38,227 nt of DNA from an uncultured Candidatus Saccharibacteria bacterium (GCA_964459795.1 CAYWOA010000002.1:1-38227); one strand, 5' to 3'. Shown: positions 1 to 8,407, numbered from the stretch's first letter. Program-made: numbers and translations. Notes: generated from the sequence alone by a model not told the origin.

Positions 1-1134
1 AGCGAGCACTGCGCGCTGATCGTGGACAAGGCCGTGGGCGCGGTGCCCGGCGTGATGAAAATCAGTGGCTTTGGCGAACTTGCTGTGTACCGGGACGACG
101 TTCTTCTTATCACGGGCAACTTATATCCGACACGCGGCGGCAAACAAGCGACGATGAGCTATGCCCAGATTACGCGCATCGGGAGCCACCAAACATTCAT
201 TGATGAACTGCGGCGGCGGTTTGTTGCCGGCATGCAAACAGCTCTACCCGAGCCAGCTGCTTCATTTGGGCTTGGTCTGCTCGTGGGACAGCGAAATACG
301 CTGCCATATGCGACGAGCCAGGCACTGCTCATGGTAGGGCTGACGCACATCATCGCTGTGAGCGGCTACAACCTCACGATTTTACTGAATGGTGCCCGGC
401 GACTTACCGGCGAGCGGTCCAAACGCCTCACAACGATAATCGGCGTTGGTCTGATGCTATTCTTTCTGCTTTTCACGGGGATGAGCGCTAGTATCGTCAG
501 AGCGGCGGTGGTGAGCAGCCTGGGGTTGGCGGCGTGGTACTTTGGTCGCAGGCCGCGGCCGATGGTGTTATTGCTGCTGACGGCGATGCTCACGACTTAT
601 GCCACCCCGACGTACTTTTGGTCCGATATCAGCTGGTGGCTATCTATGCTGGCGTTTTTTGGCATCCTTGTTATCGCGCCCCAGCTACTGGCCAGGCTTT
701 TCCCGAGGCGCGAGGCACCGTCAGTGGCCGTGATTGCTGTAGAGACGCTTAGCGCTGAGCTCATGACCATCCCTCTCGTGATGTTTATATTCGGTCAGGT
801 CTCGCTCATCGGTCTGCTTGCAAACGTACTCGTCGCTAGTCTCATACCGCTTGCCATGCTGCTCAGTTTCATCGCTGGACTGGCTGGCATGATGGTCCCA
901 CTCCTGGCTGGGTGGCTGGCTTGGCCGGCGAAGCTACTGCTGACATATATGCTCGATGTCGCTACGCTCCTCAGCCGCATCCCCCACGTTTTTCAAACCA
1001 ATGTGTACCTGAGTGCGCTCGACGTTGCTTTCTGCTACGGCGCTATTCTACTGCTGGCCGGACTGTTTTATCGCAAGAAACGAGTGTGGTTTAACGACAT
1101 TTCGCCTAGCAGAGATCTCACAAAGCTTAGATAA
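1..1134 (+). CDS. comEC: ComEC/Rec2 DNA-uptake channel protein, C-terminal part (the gene starts upstream of the window)
   Basis: Frame 1 is open from nt 1. Polytopic membrane protein with the ComEC competence-domain pattern (GLLVGQRNTLPYATSQALLMVGLTHIIAVSGYNLTILL) followed by many hydrophobic helices. Confidence 0.8.
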   Translation, partial: SEHCALIVDKAVGAVPGVMKISGFGELAVYRDDVLLITGNLYPTRGGKQATMSYAQITRIGSHQTFIDELRRRFVAGMQTALPEPAASFGLGLLVGQRNTLPYATSQALLMVGLTHIIAVSGYNLTILLNGARRLTGERSKRLTTIIGVGLMLFFLLFTGMSASIVRAAVVSSLGLAAWYFGRRPRPMVLLLLTAMLTTYATPTYFWSDISWWLSMLAFFGILVIAPQLLARLFPRREAPSVAVIAVETLSAELMTIPLVMFIFGQVSLIGLLANVLVASLIPLAMLLSFIAGLAGMMVPLLAGWLAWPAKLLLTYMLDVATLLSRIPHVFQTNVYLSALDVAFCYGAILLLAGLFYRKKRVWFNDISPSRDLTKLR

Positions 1135-1161
1135 TCAAGCGAGCCATACTATACTAAGTAT

Positions 1162-1851
1162 ATGGAAAGCAGTCTTGATGAAAAAGAACGATTCGGCAGA
1201 CTCTCCTTACTCCAGCCGCACGGCGTCCTGCGGCGCTATCCTAAAAAGCGTACCATTATCTTCCAGGGCGACGCTCCCCAAGGGGTCTATGTAATCAAAA
1301 GTGGCCTCGTCAAAGTCTATGGCATCACTAGTGAGGGCGACCAACACACTGTGACCTTGCTCAGCGCGGGTGATGTCTTTCCGATGTCCTGGGTGTTTGG
1401 CAAAACGAGCGTATGTATGTACTACTTCGATGCTGCGTCTGACTGCCAGTTGCTTATCGTACCGAAGAAAGACTACCAGCGCATACTTGAGTTGGATGTG
1501 GAGCTGAAAGAGCAGATATTTCAGAACTACCTGTCACACTATGTCGCTGCGACGATGCACGTTTTCGCACTCGAGCACTCGCACGCTCAGGATAAACTCA
1601 TCTACATTTTGCAGTATCTGACCACTCGCTTCGGCGAGAAGCAGCCTGGTGGTATGACAAAGATAGATCTGCGCCTTAGCCACCAGGATATCGCCGAAAT
1701 GGTCGGCATCACACGCGAGACGGCGGCAGTCGAGCTGCACAAGCTGAAAGACAAAGGCTACATAGACTACCAGCGGTTCATCTACTCGGTCGATATTCCG
1801 AAGCTGCAGCGGCTGAAGGGCGATGAAGATCTCGGCGAAGTCAATATGTAG
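1162..1851 (+). CDS. Crp/Fnr-family transcriptional regulator
   Basis: 229 aa. N-terminal cNMP-binding-type barrel (TIIFQGDAPQGVYVIKSGLVKVY...AGDVFP) and C-terminal HTH (SHQDIAEMVGITRETAAVELHKLKDKGYI). Confidence 0.8.
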   Translation: MESSLDEKERFGRLSLLQPHGVLRRYPKKRTIIFQGDAPQGVYVIKSGLVKVYGITSEGDQHTVTLLSAGDVFPMSWVFGKTSVCMYYFDAASDCQLLIVPKKDYQRILELDVELKEQIFQNYLSHYVAATMHVFALEHSHAQDKLIYILQYLTTRFGEKQPGGMTKIDLRLSHQDIAEMVGITRETAAVELHKLKDKGYIDYQRFIYSVDIPKLQRLKGDEDLGEVNM

Positions 1852-1958
1852 CCTTATGCTACTCATCAACGCTGCGTGCTGAATCCCTCGTTAGAAGCCT
1901 TGTAACAGGGATGCTATACTGTACATAAAGCCTAAAGAGGCAGGCCCGAGGAGGAACA

Positions 1959-2681
1959 ATGTCAGGACACTCAAAATGGTCGACGATTAAACGCGAAAAA
2001 GGCGCCAAAGATGCTGCCCGGGGAGCTATTTTTACCAAACTCGGCAATGCTATCGCCATCGCTGCTCGTAGTGGTGCGGACCCGGAAACGAACTTTGCCC
2101 TTCGCCTCGCCATCGATAAGGCCAAGGCGGCCAATATGCCCCATGCCAACATTCAGCGTGCTCTCGACCGGGTGAAAGACAAGGGAGCGGCCGAGTTGCA
2201 AGAGGTGCTGTACGAAGGGTATGGCCCGGGTGGTGTCGCCATATTGGTCGAAGTTGCGACTGATAACATTAACCGTACCTACCCAATGGTGAAGCTCGCT
2301 TTTAGCAAGCACGGTGGTAATATAGCCGAGAAGGGCGCCGTAGCCTTCCAGTTTGCCCGCAAAGGCCTGGTGCACGTAAAAGCAGCCGGTGACGACTTCA
2401 TGCTCGAAGCCCTCGACACGGGCGCTGAAGACGTCCAGGAAGAAAATGGCGAAAGTGATGTCTACACAGCCGACACCGACCTTGCAGCAGTGCGCGACAG
2501 CCTGAAAGAGCGTGGTTACGAGATTACCGAAGCGGGCCTGACATACGTGCCCGGCACCACTATCGAAATAACCGACCGCGATACTGCCGGTAAAATCATG
2601 CGCCTCATGGATGCGCTCGACGACATTGACGATGTGACCGACACGCATGTCAATTTCGACATCGACGAAACCCTGCTATAG
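1959..2681 (+). CDS. yebC: YebC/PmpR-family transcriptional regulator
   Basis: 240 aa. N-terminus MSGHSKWSTIKREKGAKDAARGAIFTKL is the hallmark of the YebC family, and the length is typical. Confidence 0.9.
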   Translation: MSGHSKWSTIKREKGAKDAARGAIFTKLGNAIAIAARSGADPETNFALRLAIDKAKAANMPHANIQRALDRVKDKGAAELQEVLYEGYGPGGVAILVEVATDNINRTYPMVKLAFSKHGGNIAEKGAVAFQFARKGLVHVKAAGDDFMLEALDTGAEDVQEENGESDVYTADTDLAAVRDSLKERGYEITEAGLTYVPGTTIEITDRDTAGKIMRLMDALDDIDDVTDTHVNFDIDETLL

Positions 2682-3101
2682 TGCCTGAAAAGCAGGATAT
2701 AGCTGGCGTTGTGGTACGCGATGAGCGGGGTCGATATCTGATGGTACAAGAGAAGCGTAAAGACGTTTGCGGTAAATGGAACCTGCCTGCAGGATGGGTT
2801 GATCCTGGTGAGGCGCCCGAGGCAGCGGCTATTCGATGGGCGCGTGAAGAGACTGGCTACGAAGTTGAAAATCATGGGAGCCCCACTCTTCGAAGGTTTC
2901 ATAGAGCTTGCTGATCGCACGTTTCATATCTACGCAGCGAGGATAATTGGCGGTGAACGCACCATTGACCCAAACGAAGTACTGGATGTGGCGTGGCTCT
3001 CATATGAAGAAATTACCTCGCTGCATGCCAAGGGCCTGGTGCGGGCCGAGCACTTTTTCGACATTATCACGACGTTTGGGCAGCACGCGCGCGCTGAGTA
3101 G
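2681..3101 (+). pseudogene. NUDIX hydrolase split by a 1-nt frameshift (or assembly error) near 2867-2872
   Basis: ORF 2681-2914 carries the Nudix box (GWVDPGEAPEAAAIRWAREETGYEVE) and then stops after 11 odd residues. The remainder of the fold (IMGAPLFEGFIELADRTFHIYAARIIGGERTIDPNEVLDVAWLSYEEI) continues in another frame (ORF 2799-3101). The frames switch at the run GAAAAT. Confidence 0.65.
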
Positions 3102-3136
3102 TCGCGGCAACGTCTGCGGCGTGCTACTATGACGGT

Positions 3137-3568
3137 ATGAAGCGATCAAAGAAAACTCTCGTAGTTGTCCTCATATTACTCGCGGTGGCAGCTGGACTTA
3201 GCCTGGGGTTGAAACAGCGGCAATTCTCTGTTAGCGTGCCAAAAGGCTTCGGCTTCGGCGCGCCGAATAACCAGACATCCGTGCGGGCAGGGGGTATGTA
3301 CAGCATTACCTACTTCGGCTATCCTTCTCCCTACAAAGTTCGCGAAACCTTCCGTCCTACGAATGACAAGTTCAACACGCTTTCGTACGAAACGGTCCCG
3401 CTGAATTGGTTCTTTGTCGCCTCAAACACGGTGTTTTGGATGGCGCTGCTGACGCTGCCATTGCTGCTCGTGCTGTTGTATCGGTCATCACGAACTAAAC
3501 GGGGGGCCACAGAAGCAACGCTGCCGCCCGGTAGGCCCCAGGAGAAGCATGCGAACACTCGGGATTGA
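3137..3568 (+). CDS. hypothetical membrane protein (N- and C-terminal TM helices)
   Basis: 143-aa ORF with an MKRSKKTLVVVLILLAVAAGLSL anchor and a second helix (WFFVASNTVFWMALLTLPLLLVLL). It overlaps the ruvC start by 20 nt. No recognisable family. Confidence 0.5.
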   Translation: MKRSKKTLVVVLILLAVAAGLSLGLKQRQFSVSVPKGFGFGAPNNQTSVRAGGMYSITYFGYPSPYKVRETFRPTNDKFNTLSYETVPLNWFFVASNTVFWMALLTLPLLLVLLYRSSRTKRGATEATLPPGRPQEKHANTRD

Positions 3569-4022
3569 TCCCGGCACCGGTATACTCGGCTTCGGCGTCA
3601 TCGATGTCGTAGGCGGTAAACCACAGCTGGTCGATGCCGGCGTCATCCGAACCCCCGCGCACGAGGATGACGCAGTGCGCCTGCAGACAATCTTTGATGA
3701 GCTGACAGATATCATCATGCAGACAAAACCGACACATATGGCAGTCGAAAAGCTATTCTTCGCCCGTAATGTCACGACGGCGATGGCGGTCGCCCAGGCC
3801 CGCGGCGTGGTGCTTCTCGCAGGCAGGCAGGCCGAGCTGGAACTCTACGAGTACACGCCGCTCCAGATAAAAATGGCTATCACCGGCTACGGCCGGGCAG
3901 ATAAAAAACAGATGCAGGAAATGGTGCGACTTCATCTGAATCTCGCCGCACCGCCGCAGCCCGATGACTGTGCCGATGCCCTTGCGGCAGCTCTCACCCA
4001 CGCTCAATCTCGAAAACTCTAG
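3549..4022 (+). CDS. ruvC: crossover junction endodeoxyribonuclease RuvC
   Basis: 157 aa. MRTLGIDPGTGILGFGVID (catalytic Asp motif) and C-terminal DDCADALAAALTH. Confidence 0.9.
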   Translation: MRTLGIDPGTGILGFGVIDVVGGKPQLVDAGVIRTPAHEDDAVRLQTIFDELTDIIMQTKPTHMAVEKLFFARNVTTAMAVAQARGVVLLAGRQAELELYEYTPLQIKMAITGYGRADKKQMQEMVRLHLNLAAPPQPDDCADALAAALTHAQSRKL

Positions 4023-4047
4023 CCCCTATCATCCACGCGGGGGAAGA

Positions 4048-4078
4048 CCTATGCTCAAGGACAGTCCTTGAGCATAGG
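4048..4078. repeat. REP-like perfect palindrome, family 1 (CCTATGCTCAAGGAC-A-GTCCTTGAGCATAGG)
   Basis: The 15-nt arms are exact reverse complements around one central nt. The core GCTCAAGGAC-N-GTCCTTGAGC recurs at 4741, 6208 and 24408. Confidence 0.85.
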
Positions 4079-4107
4079 GGCGAACGGCGAACGCAGACAT
4101 GGGCGCG

Positions 4108-4728
4108 CTATGAATGAGCGAGATCTACATCAATCAGGTCGAGAGATTTCTTGTAATCTTCGTGGTCGGCGATAAATCTGAGATATTGACGTCGATCATT
4201 ACCGAAAAGTTCAAGAACATGGCTTGCGCTAAACCAATCAGAAGACGCCTTTCCTTGGAAGTATTTAAGACTTGAATAAGGATAGTCACGCCACGAGCGG
4301 GGGTTAAGATGGATGTAGCGTGATATATGGAGCAGATACGGTTCACTCGTTATGCGGGACGCCAAATAACGGCTTTGAAAAAGAGGTCCGACCCGCTCGT
4401 GCTTCTGATTGAAATATCGACTATAGCTCGTCATGACAGCGCTCATGAACTCGCGAATCGCCTTTTCATTCTGGTGCTGATAGACAAAAAGATGCACGTG
4501 GTTCGGCATGAGGCAGAAGGTTAGCAGATCGATTTCCTTCGAGAAGGTACGATATGGTGCGTGTTTTAGCCTGGCTACGGGGTGTGGTGAAAGGTAGCGT
4601 TTGAGCAGCGACAGAAAGAACGCATAATCGTCATCGTCCAAGAAAATCTTGCGCTTGTTTACGCCTCTGGAGTAGAGGTGATAATACGAGGCGGGCAGGT
4701 ACACTTTAACGGCATTTCTTGTTGGCAC
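4108..4728 (-). CDS. REP-associated tyrosine transposase-like protein (IS200-like Y1/HUH transposase family)
   Basis: 206 aa. HUH motif in CLMPNHVHLFV and a catalytic-Tyr region ISRYIHLNPR. The N-terminal YYHLYSRGVNKRKIF is typical of RAYT/transposase_17-like proteins. Flanked by REP hairpins. Confidence 0.8.
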   Translation of the reverse strand: MPTRNAVKVYLPASYYHLYSRGVNKRKIFLDDDDYAFFLSLLKRYLSPHPVARLKHAPYRTFSKEIDLLTFCLMPNHVHLFVYQHQNEKAIREFMSAVMTSYSRYFNQKHERVGPLFQSRYLASRITSEPYLLHISRYIHLNPRSWRDYPYSSLKYFQGKASSDWFSASHVLELFGNDRRQYLRFIADHEDYKKSLDLIDVDLAHS

Positions 4729-4740
4729 CCATGCAGTATA

Positions 4741-4763
4741 TGCTCAAGGACAGTCCTTGAGCA
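4741..4763. repeat. REP-like palindrome, family 1 (TGCTCAAGGAC-A-GTCCTTGAGCA)
   Basis: 11-bp arms that are exact reverse complements, 13 nt from the RAYT start codon. Confidence 0.85.
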
Positions 4764-4776
4764 AGAGGGCTGCGGG

Positions 4777-4782
4777 TATAAT
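4777..4782 (+). promoter_or_regulatory. TATAAT box 6 nt upstream of the ruvA ATG (possible leaderless or short-leader promoter)
   Basis: TATAAT at 4777-4782 and ATG at 4789. No properly spaced SD, because GGGAG ends 1 nt before the ATG. The only -35 candidates lie inside the REP hairpin and are poorly spaced. Confidence 0.3.
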
Positions 4783-4788
4783 GGGAGT

Positions 4789-5361
4789 ATGATCGCGAGT
4801 ATACGGGGGTTGGTGGAGAAGACGGTCAATGGTGTCATCGTAGAAGCTGGCGGTGTAGGCTATGGCCTCAGTGTGACAAGCGAGGATTTCGGCAAGCTGG
4901 CTGATGGCAAAGAAGCGAAACTGTATGTGTATGAGCACATCCGCGAGCAGGGCCACGACCTATTTGGCTTCCTACTGCCGGATACAAAGGAACTGTTTGA
5001 GCAGCTGTTGGGGGTGAAAAATGTCGGACCGCGCATGGCCATGGCCGTTCTTGACATTGGTTCGACGGCGCAAGTTCGCAGTGCTATCGCGGCTGGCGAC
5101 GTAAAGCTTTTGCAGAGCGCCAAAGGTGTTGGCAAACGTGCCGCCGAGCAAGTGGTGGTAGAACTGCGCGATAAAGTTGGTCTTGCTGCTGGTGCCACCG
5201 CCGAGAGCATCGTGAATCGTCCTGGAGTCAGCTTACAAGATGAGGCTGTCGAGGCGCTCGTCGCCCTGGGCTACAGCCCACAGGACGCCGCAATGGCGCT
5301 GCAAAAGATCGACCCGTCTCTCTCTGTCGAAGAGCGAATCAAACTCGCATTGAAAGGATAA
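4789..5361 (+). CDS. ruvA: Holliday junction DNA helicase subunit RuvA
   Basis: MIASIRGLVEK... is the typical RuvA N-terminus. HhH region LLGVKNVGPRMAMAVL / LQSAKGVGKRAAEQVVVEL and C-terminal domain III (ALVALGYSPQDAAMAL). The track ORF starts at 4678, but that extension translates the REP hairpin. Confidence 0.85.
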   Translation: MIASIRGLVEKTVNGVIVEAGGVGYGLSVTSEDFGKLADGKEAKLYVYEHIREQGHDLFGFLLPDTKELFEQLLGVKNVGPRMAMAVLDIGSTAQVRSAIAAGDVKLLQSAKGVGKRAAEQVVVELRDKVGLAAGATAESIVNRPGVSLQDEAVEALVALGYSPQDAAMALQKIDPSLSVEERIKLALKG

Positions 5362-5363
5362 AC

Positions 5364-6185
5364 ATGGAGCGAGCTCAATCCCTGGTGTTACATAACGGCC
5401 AAAAGATTCCGTATATTGGGCTCGGGCTCTGGATGGTGAGGGGCGAGGCGGAGTTTACTGCATCGTTCGATGCCGCAGTCGAAGCTGGTTACACCCATTT
5501 CGATACCGCACAGGCGTATGGCAATGAACAGCTGCTCGGTGCCGCTTGGCGGCGTCGCGGACTAAAGCGCGAGGATATCTTTATCACGACAAAAATTCGG
5601 GTCGAAAACATCACCATCGGCCGAACGGCATCGAGCTTCGCGAAGTCACTTGAGAATTTGCAGACTGACCACATCAATCTCATATTACTTCATTTTCCGG
5701 TGACAATCGGGCGTAAGAAGGCGTGGAAAGAGCTGGAGAAAATTTACGTAACAGGGAAGGCAAAAAGCATCGGCGTCAGTAATTACACCATCAAACATCT
5801 GGAGGAGATGAAGGAATACGCCAATATCCTGCCGGCAGTAAACCAGGTGGAGCTGCACGTTTTTCTGCAGCAGCCGGAGCTGCTCGAGTATTGCCGCGAT
5901 AACAGCATTGTCGTAGAAGCCTACAGTCCGCTGGCGCACGGCAAAAAGATGGACGACCCGACAATCATCGCTGTTGCTCAGAAGCATCATAAAACGTACG
6001 CGCAAATCTTGCTTCGCTGGCTGCTGCAGCAAGGCTGTGTAGCGCTCCCTAAATCGGTCAAGCCAGAGCGGGTACGACAGAACATCGATATATTTAATTT
6101 CGAACTCGATGATGAAGACATGCACCGACTTACCCAGCTTGACCAAAACTTACGCACCTGCTGGGACCCCACCCACGTGCCGTAA
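5364..6185 (+). CDS. aldo/keto reductase (2,5-diketo-D-gluconate reductase-like)
   Basis: 273 aa with GLGLW, GYTHFDTAQAYGNEQLLG, SIGVSNY, NQVELH and LRWLLQQGCVALPKS motifs of the AKR superfamily. Confidence 0.85.
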   Translation: MERAQSLVLHNGQKIPYIGLGLWMVRGEAEFTASFDAAVEAGYTHFDTAQAYGNEQLLGAAWRRRGLKREDIFITTKIRVENITIGRTASSFAKSLENLQTDHINLILLHFPVTIGRKKAWKELEKIYVTGKAKSIGVSNYTIKHLEEMKEYANILPAVNQVELHVFLQQPELLEYCRDNSIVVEAYSPLAHGKKMDDPTIIAVAQKHHKTYAQILLRWLLQQGCVALPKSVKPERVRQNIDIFNFELDDEDMHRLTQLDQNLRTCWDPTHVP

Positions 6186-6207
6186 AGCACACGAGCTGAC
6201 AATTTGG

Positions 6208-6252
6208 GGATAGTTCCTTGCTCAAGGACTGTCCTTGAGCAAGGAACTATCC
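6208..6252. repeat. REP-like perfect palindrome, family 1, with a 22-bp stem (GGATAGTTCCTTGCTCAAGGAC-T-GTCCTTGAGCAAGGAACTATCC)
   Basis: Exact reverse-complement arms. Lies in the 107-nt gap between the AKR gene and ruvB and could also act as a terminator or attenuator. Confidence 0.85.
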
Positions 6253-6292
6253 TTTGGTATGCGCTATGCTCTATTCTTGATACACTACTACT

Positions 6293-7327
6293 ATGGCAGT
6301 GGAGCGAATTACCCAGCCGGCAGCACAGCCGGATAATGTAGAAGAGCAGGAGTTTGAGGTCAAGCTGCGGCCGCATGATTTTGCCAATTACATCGGTCAG
6401 GAACGTATAAAAAAGAATTTGCAGCTCGCAATTACGGCCGCGAAAAAGCGCGGCGAACCGCTCGATCACGTGCTTTTGTACGGTCCACCGGGGCTCGGCA
6501 AGACGACGATGGCCATGGTGATCTCCAATGAAATGGGTGCTCAAATTCGGGTAACGTCTGGTCCGGCGATCGAACGGGCAGGGGATCTGGCCAGTTTGCT
6601 CACGAACCTGCAGGACGGCGACATTCTCTTCATCGACGAAATTCACCGACTGCACCGCACGGTCGAAGAGGTACTGTACAGCGCAATGGAAGACTTCAAG
6701 CTTGATATCATGCTCGGTAAGGGTCCCAGTGCCCGCAGTCTCAGGCTTGATTTGCCGCAGTTTACCCTCATCGGTGCCACGACACGCACAGGTGCGCTGG
6801 CGGCACCACTACGTGACCGGTTTGGGCATATCCATCGGCTTGAGTTTTACACACCGGAGGAAGTGCAGCACATCATTACGAGAGCTGCGAGCATTCTCGG
6901 TGTCACTATAGACAAAAAAGCTGCCTTGCGTCTGGCAGAGCGCAGCCGCCTGACGCCGCGCATTGCCAACCGACTCCTGAAGCGCGTCCGTGATTATGCG
7001 GATGTGAACGGCGACGGTATCGTCGATGCGGATATCAGCACGCGTGCCTTGGAGCTGCTCGAAATCGATGAGCTCGGGCTTGATCCCGCTGACCGTCTCA
7101 TATTGGCGGCTATTATCGATAACTATGCCGGTGGTCCGGTAGGAGTTGAGACTATCGCGGCTATGACAGCCGAGGAGCGTAGTACTATCGAGGACTTTAT
7201 AGAACCCTACTTACTCCAAATAGGCCTGCTTGAGCGCACCCCCCGCGGTCGTAAGGCAACGCCAAAGGCCTACCGGCATCTCGGCAAAAAACCCGAAAGT
7301 TCGGCCGATCAGGCTAAACTGCTATAA
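6293..7327 (+). CDS. ruvB: Holliday junction DNA helicase RuvB
   Basis: 344 aa. [19 protein letters not shown], Walker [10 protein letters not shown], Walker [10 protein letters not shown] and sensor regions. Full-length AAA+ RuvB pattern. Confidence 0.95.
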   Translation: MAVERITQPAAQPDNVEEQEFEVKLRPHDFANYIGQERIKKNLQLAITAAKKRGEPLDHVLLYGPPGLGKTTMAMVISNEMGAQIRVTSGPAIERAGDLASLLTNLQDGDILFIDEIHRLHRTVEEVLYSAMEDFKLDIMLGKGPSARSLRLDLPQFTLIGATTRTGALAAPLRDRFGHIHRLEFYTPEEVQHIITRAASILGVTIDKKAALRLAERSRLTPRIANRLLKRVRDYADVNGDGIVDADISTRALELLEIDELGLDPADRLILAAIIDNYAGGPVGVETIAAMTAEERSTIEDFIEPYLLQIGLLERTPRGRKATPKAYRHLGKKPESSADQAKLL

Positions 7328-7342
7328 TTGGCGTAACACACT

Positions 7343-8098
7343 ATGAACAGACATGTTTCACAGGCTGAGGATAGAATGTGCCATCAGCGTTTACCGATGG
7401 GCGACGAAGAGTGTGTGCTTGCAGTCTACCGCCATCATTGGTTCGCTTACGTCTCAATCTTGTTTTTTACTATTGTTGTCGACCTGTTACTCCTTGGGAT
7501 GGTTGCGCTATTAGTTGGTCAGGGCGGTACATCCAACCCGTTTGAGCACTATCGGGAAGCGATTATTGGCGCCACACTTGCGTTGGCAGTCGTCGTGTTA
7601 CTTTTCTCGCTCATCCCGATCTGGTTGCGTTCACAGGAAAAGCTTATCCTGAGTGACGAAGCACTCTACCAAACTCTGCGCCCGAGCCTATTCTCAAGCA
7701 AGGTCTCGCAGCTCAATCTCGTTCACCTTGCGGATGTTACTTCGCGTCAAGATTTCTTCGGCACCATCTTTGGGTTTGGCCATATCACTATCGAGACACC
7801 CGGCGAACAGGACAACTATGAATTCGACATATTGCCGAATGCGAAAGACGCCGTGAAGGAAGTCATTGAAGCACATGAGAACTTTCAAGCGGCGCTCGAG
7901 AGTGGCCGCTTACCGACCACATTCAGGGGTAGGCCGGCCGTTACGAGTGATGGGCCGCAAGCACCGGTTGTCGTTGACCCCGAAGAGTATCAGCAGTTTC
8001 TCGCGTTCCAGAAGATGCAGCGCGCCCAAGCAGCCGAAGAGGCCGCCGAGCAATCAGCCGAAGCCGCCGGTACGTCCACACCGCCAGAGCAGCAGTAA
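7343..8098 (+). CDS. membrane protein with a bacterial PH (YdbT/bPH_2-like) domain
   Basis: Two TM helices followed by LILSDEALYQTLRPSLFSSKVSQLNLVHLADVTSRQDFFGTIFGFGHITIETPG, which matches the bPH_2 pattern. The start may be an internal Met (7376 or 7397). Confidence 0.5.
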   Translation: MNRHVSQAEDRMCHQRLPMGDEECVLAVYRHHWFAYVSILFFTIVVDLLLLGMVALLVGQGGTSNPFEHYREAIIGATLALAVVVLLFSLIPIWLRSQEKLILSDEALYQTLRPSLFSSKVSQLNLVHLADVTSRQDFFGTIFGFGHITIETPGEQDNYEFDILPNAKDAVKEVIEAHENFQAALESGRLPTTFRGRPAVTSDGPQAPVVVDPEEYQQFLAFQKMQRAQAAEEAAEQSAEAAGTSTPPEQQ

Positions 8099-8407
8099 CT
8101 ATTCCTGGAACGGATTCTGCCTGGCCTCGTTAAAAATCGCTTGGACTCGGCCGCTGTTATCTTGCAAACCTTGAAGTTTCTCGACAGTTTCTTTGGATAT
8201 TTTCGGCGTGCTGACGCTTTGCTGTGCGGTCGCGAGGTCAGCAGTACTTGGTGGTGCGGTACTGAGAACATTGATGCGCCACACGATATAGCCGTACAAG
8301 CTGGTCAGCAGGATAAAGAAGATAAACCCGCGGTACGACGCTGCTATGCGGAACGTTTTCTGCATAGCAGTGGTGATTGATTTGAGATCTAGGTTACCTT
8401 TTTTCAT
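8099..8407 (-). CDS. small single-pass membrane protein, last gene of the pilMNO operon
   Basis: 102 aa with one TM helix (GFIFFILLTSLYGYIVW). Its start overlaps the pilO-like stop by 4 nt. No family recognised. Confidence 0.45.
   Translation of the reverse strand: MKKGNLDLKSITTAMQKTFRIAASYRGFIFFILLTSLYGYIVWRINVLSTAPPSTADLATAQQSVSTPKISKETVEKLQGLQDNSGRVQAIFNEARQNPFQE

Larger units (their letters stand above)
4048..4763 (-). mobile_element. REPtron-like unit: RAYT gene bracketed by two family-1 REP hairpins
   Basis: Hairpins at 4048-4078 and 4741-4763 flank the Y1-transposase ORF 4108-4728. The unit sits between ruvC and ruvA. Confidence 0.7.

Noticed and set aside
1971-2648. 225-aa minus-strand ORF
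   Set aside because: It is antisense to yebC, whose identity is clear. No motifs.
4678-4788. N-terminal 37-aa extension of the ruvA ORF
   Set aside because: The extension overlaps the RAYT start region and reads through the REP hairpin, giving the same SRTVLEQ peptide seen wherever the repeat is translated. The canonical RuvA N-terminus MIASIRG starts at 4789.
5987-6655. 222-aa minus-strand ORF spanning the AKR 3' end, the REP hairpin and the ruvB 5' end
   Set aside because: It crosses two confidently called plus-strand genes and translates the REP palindrome (SRTVLEQ). It is an artefact.
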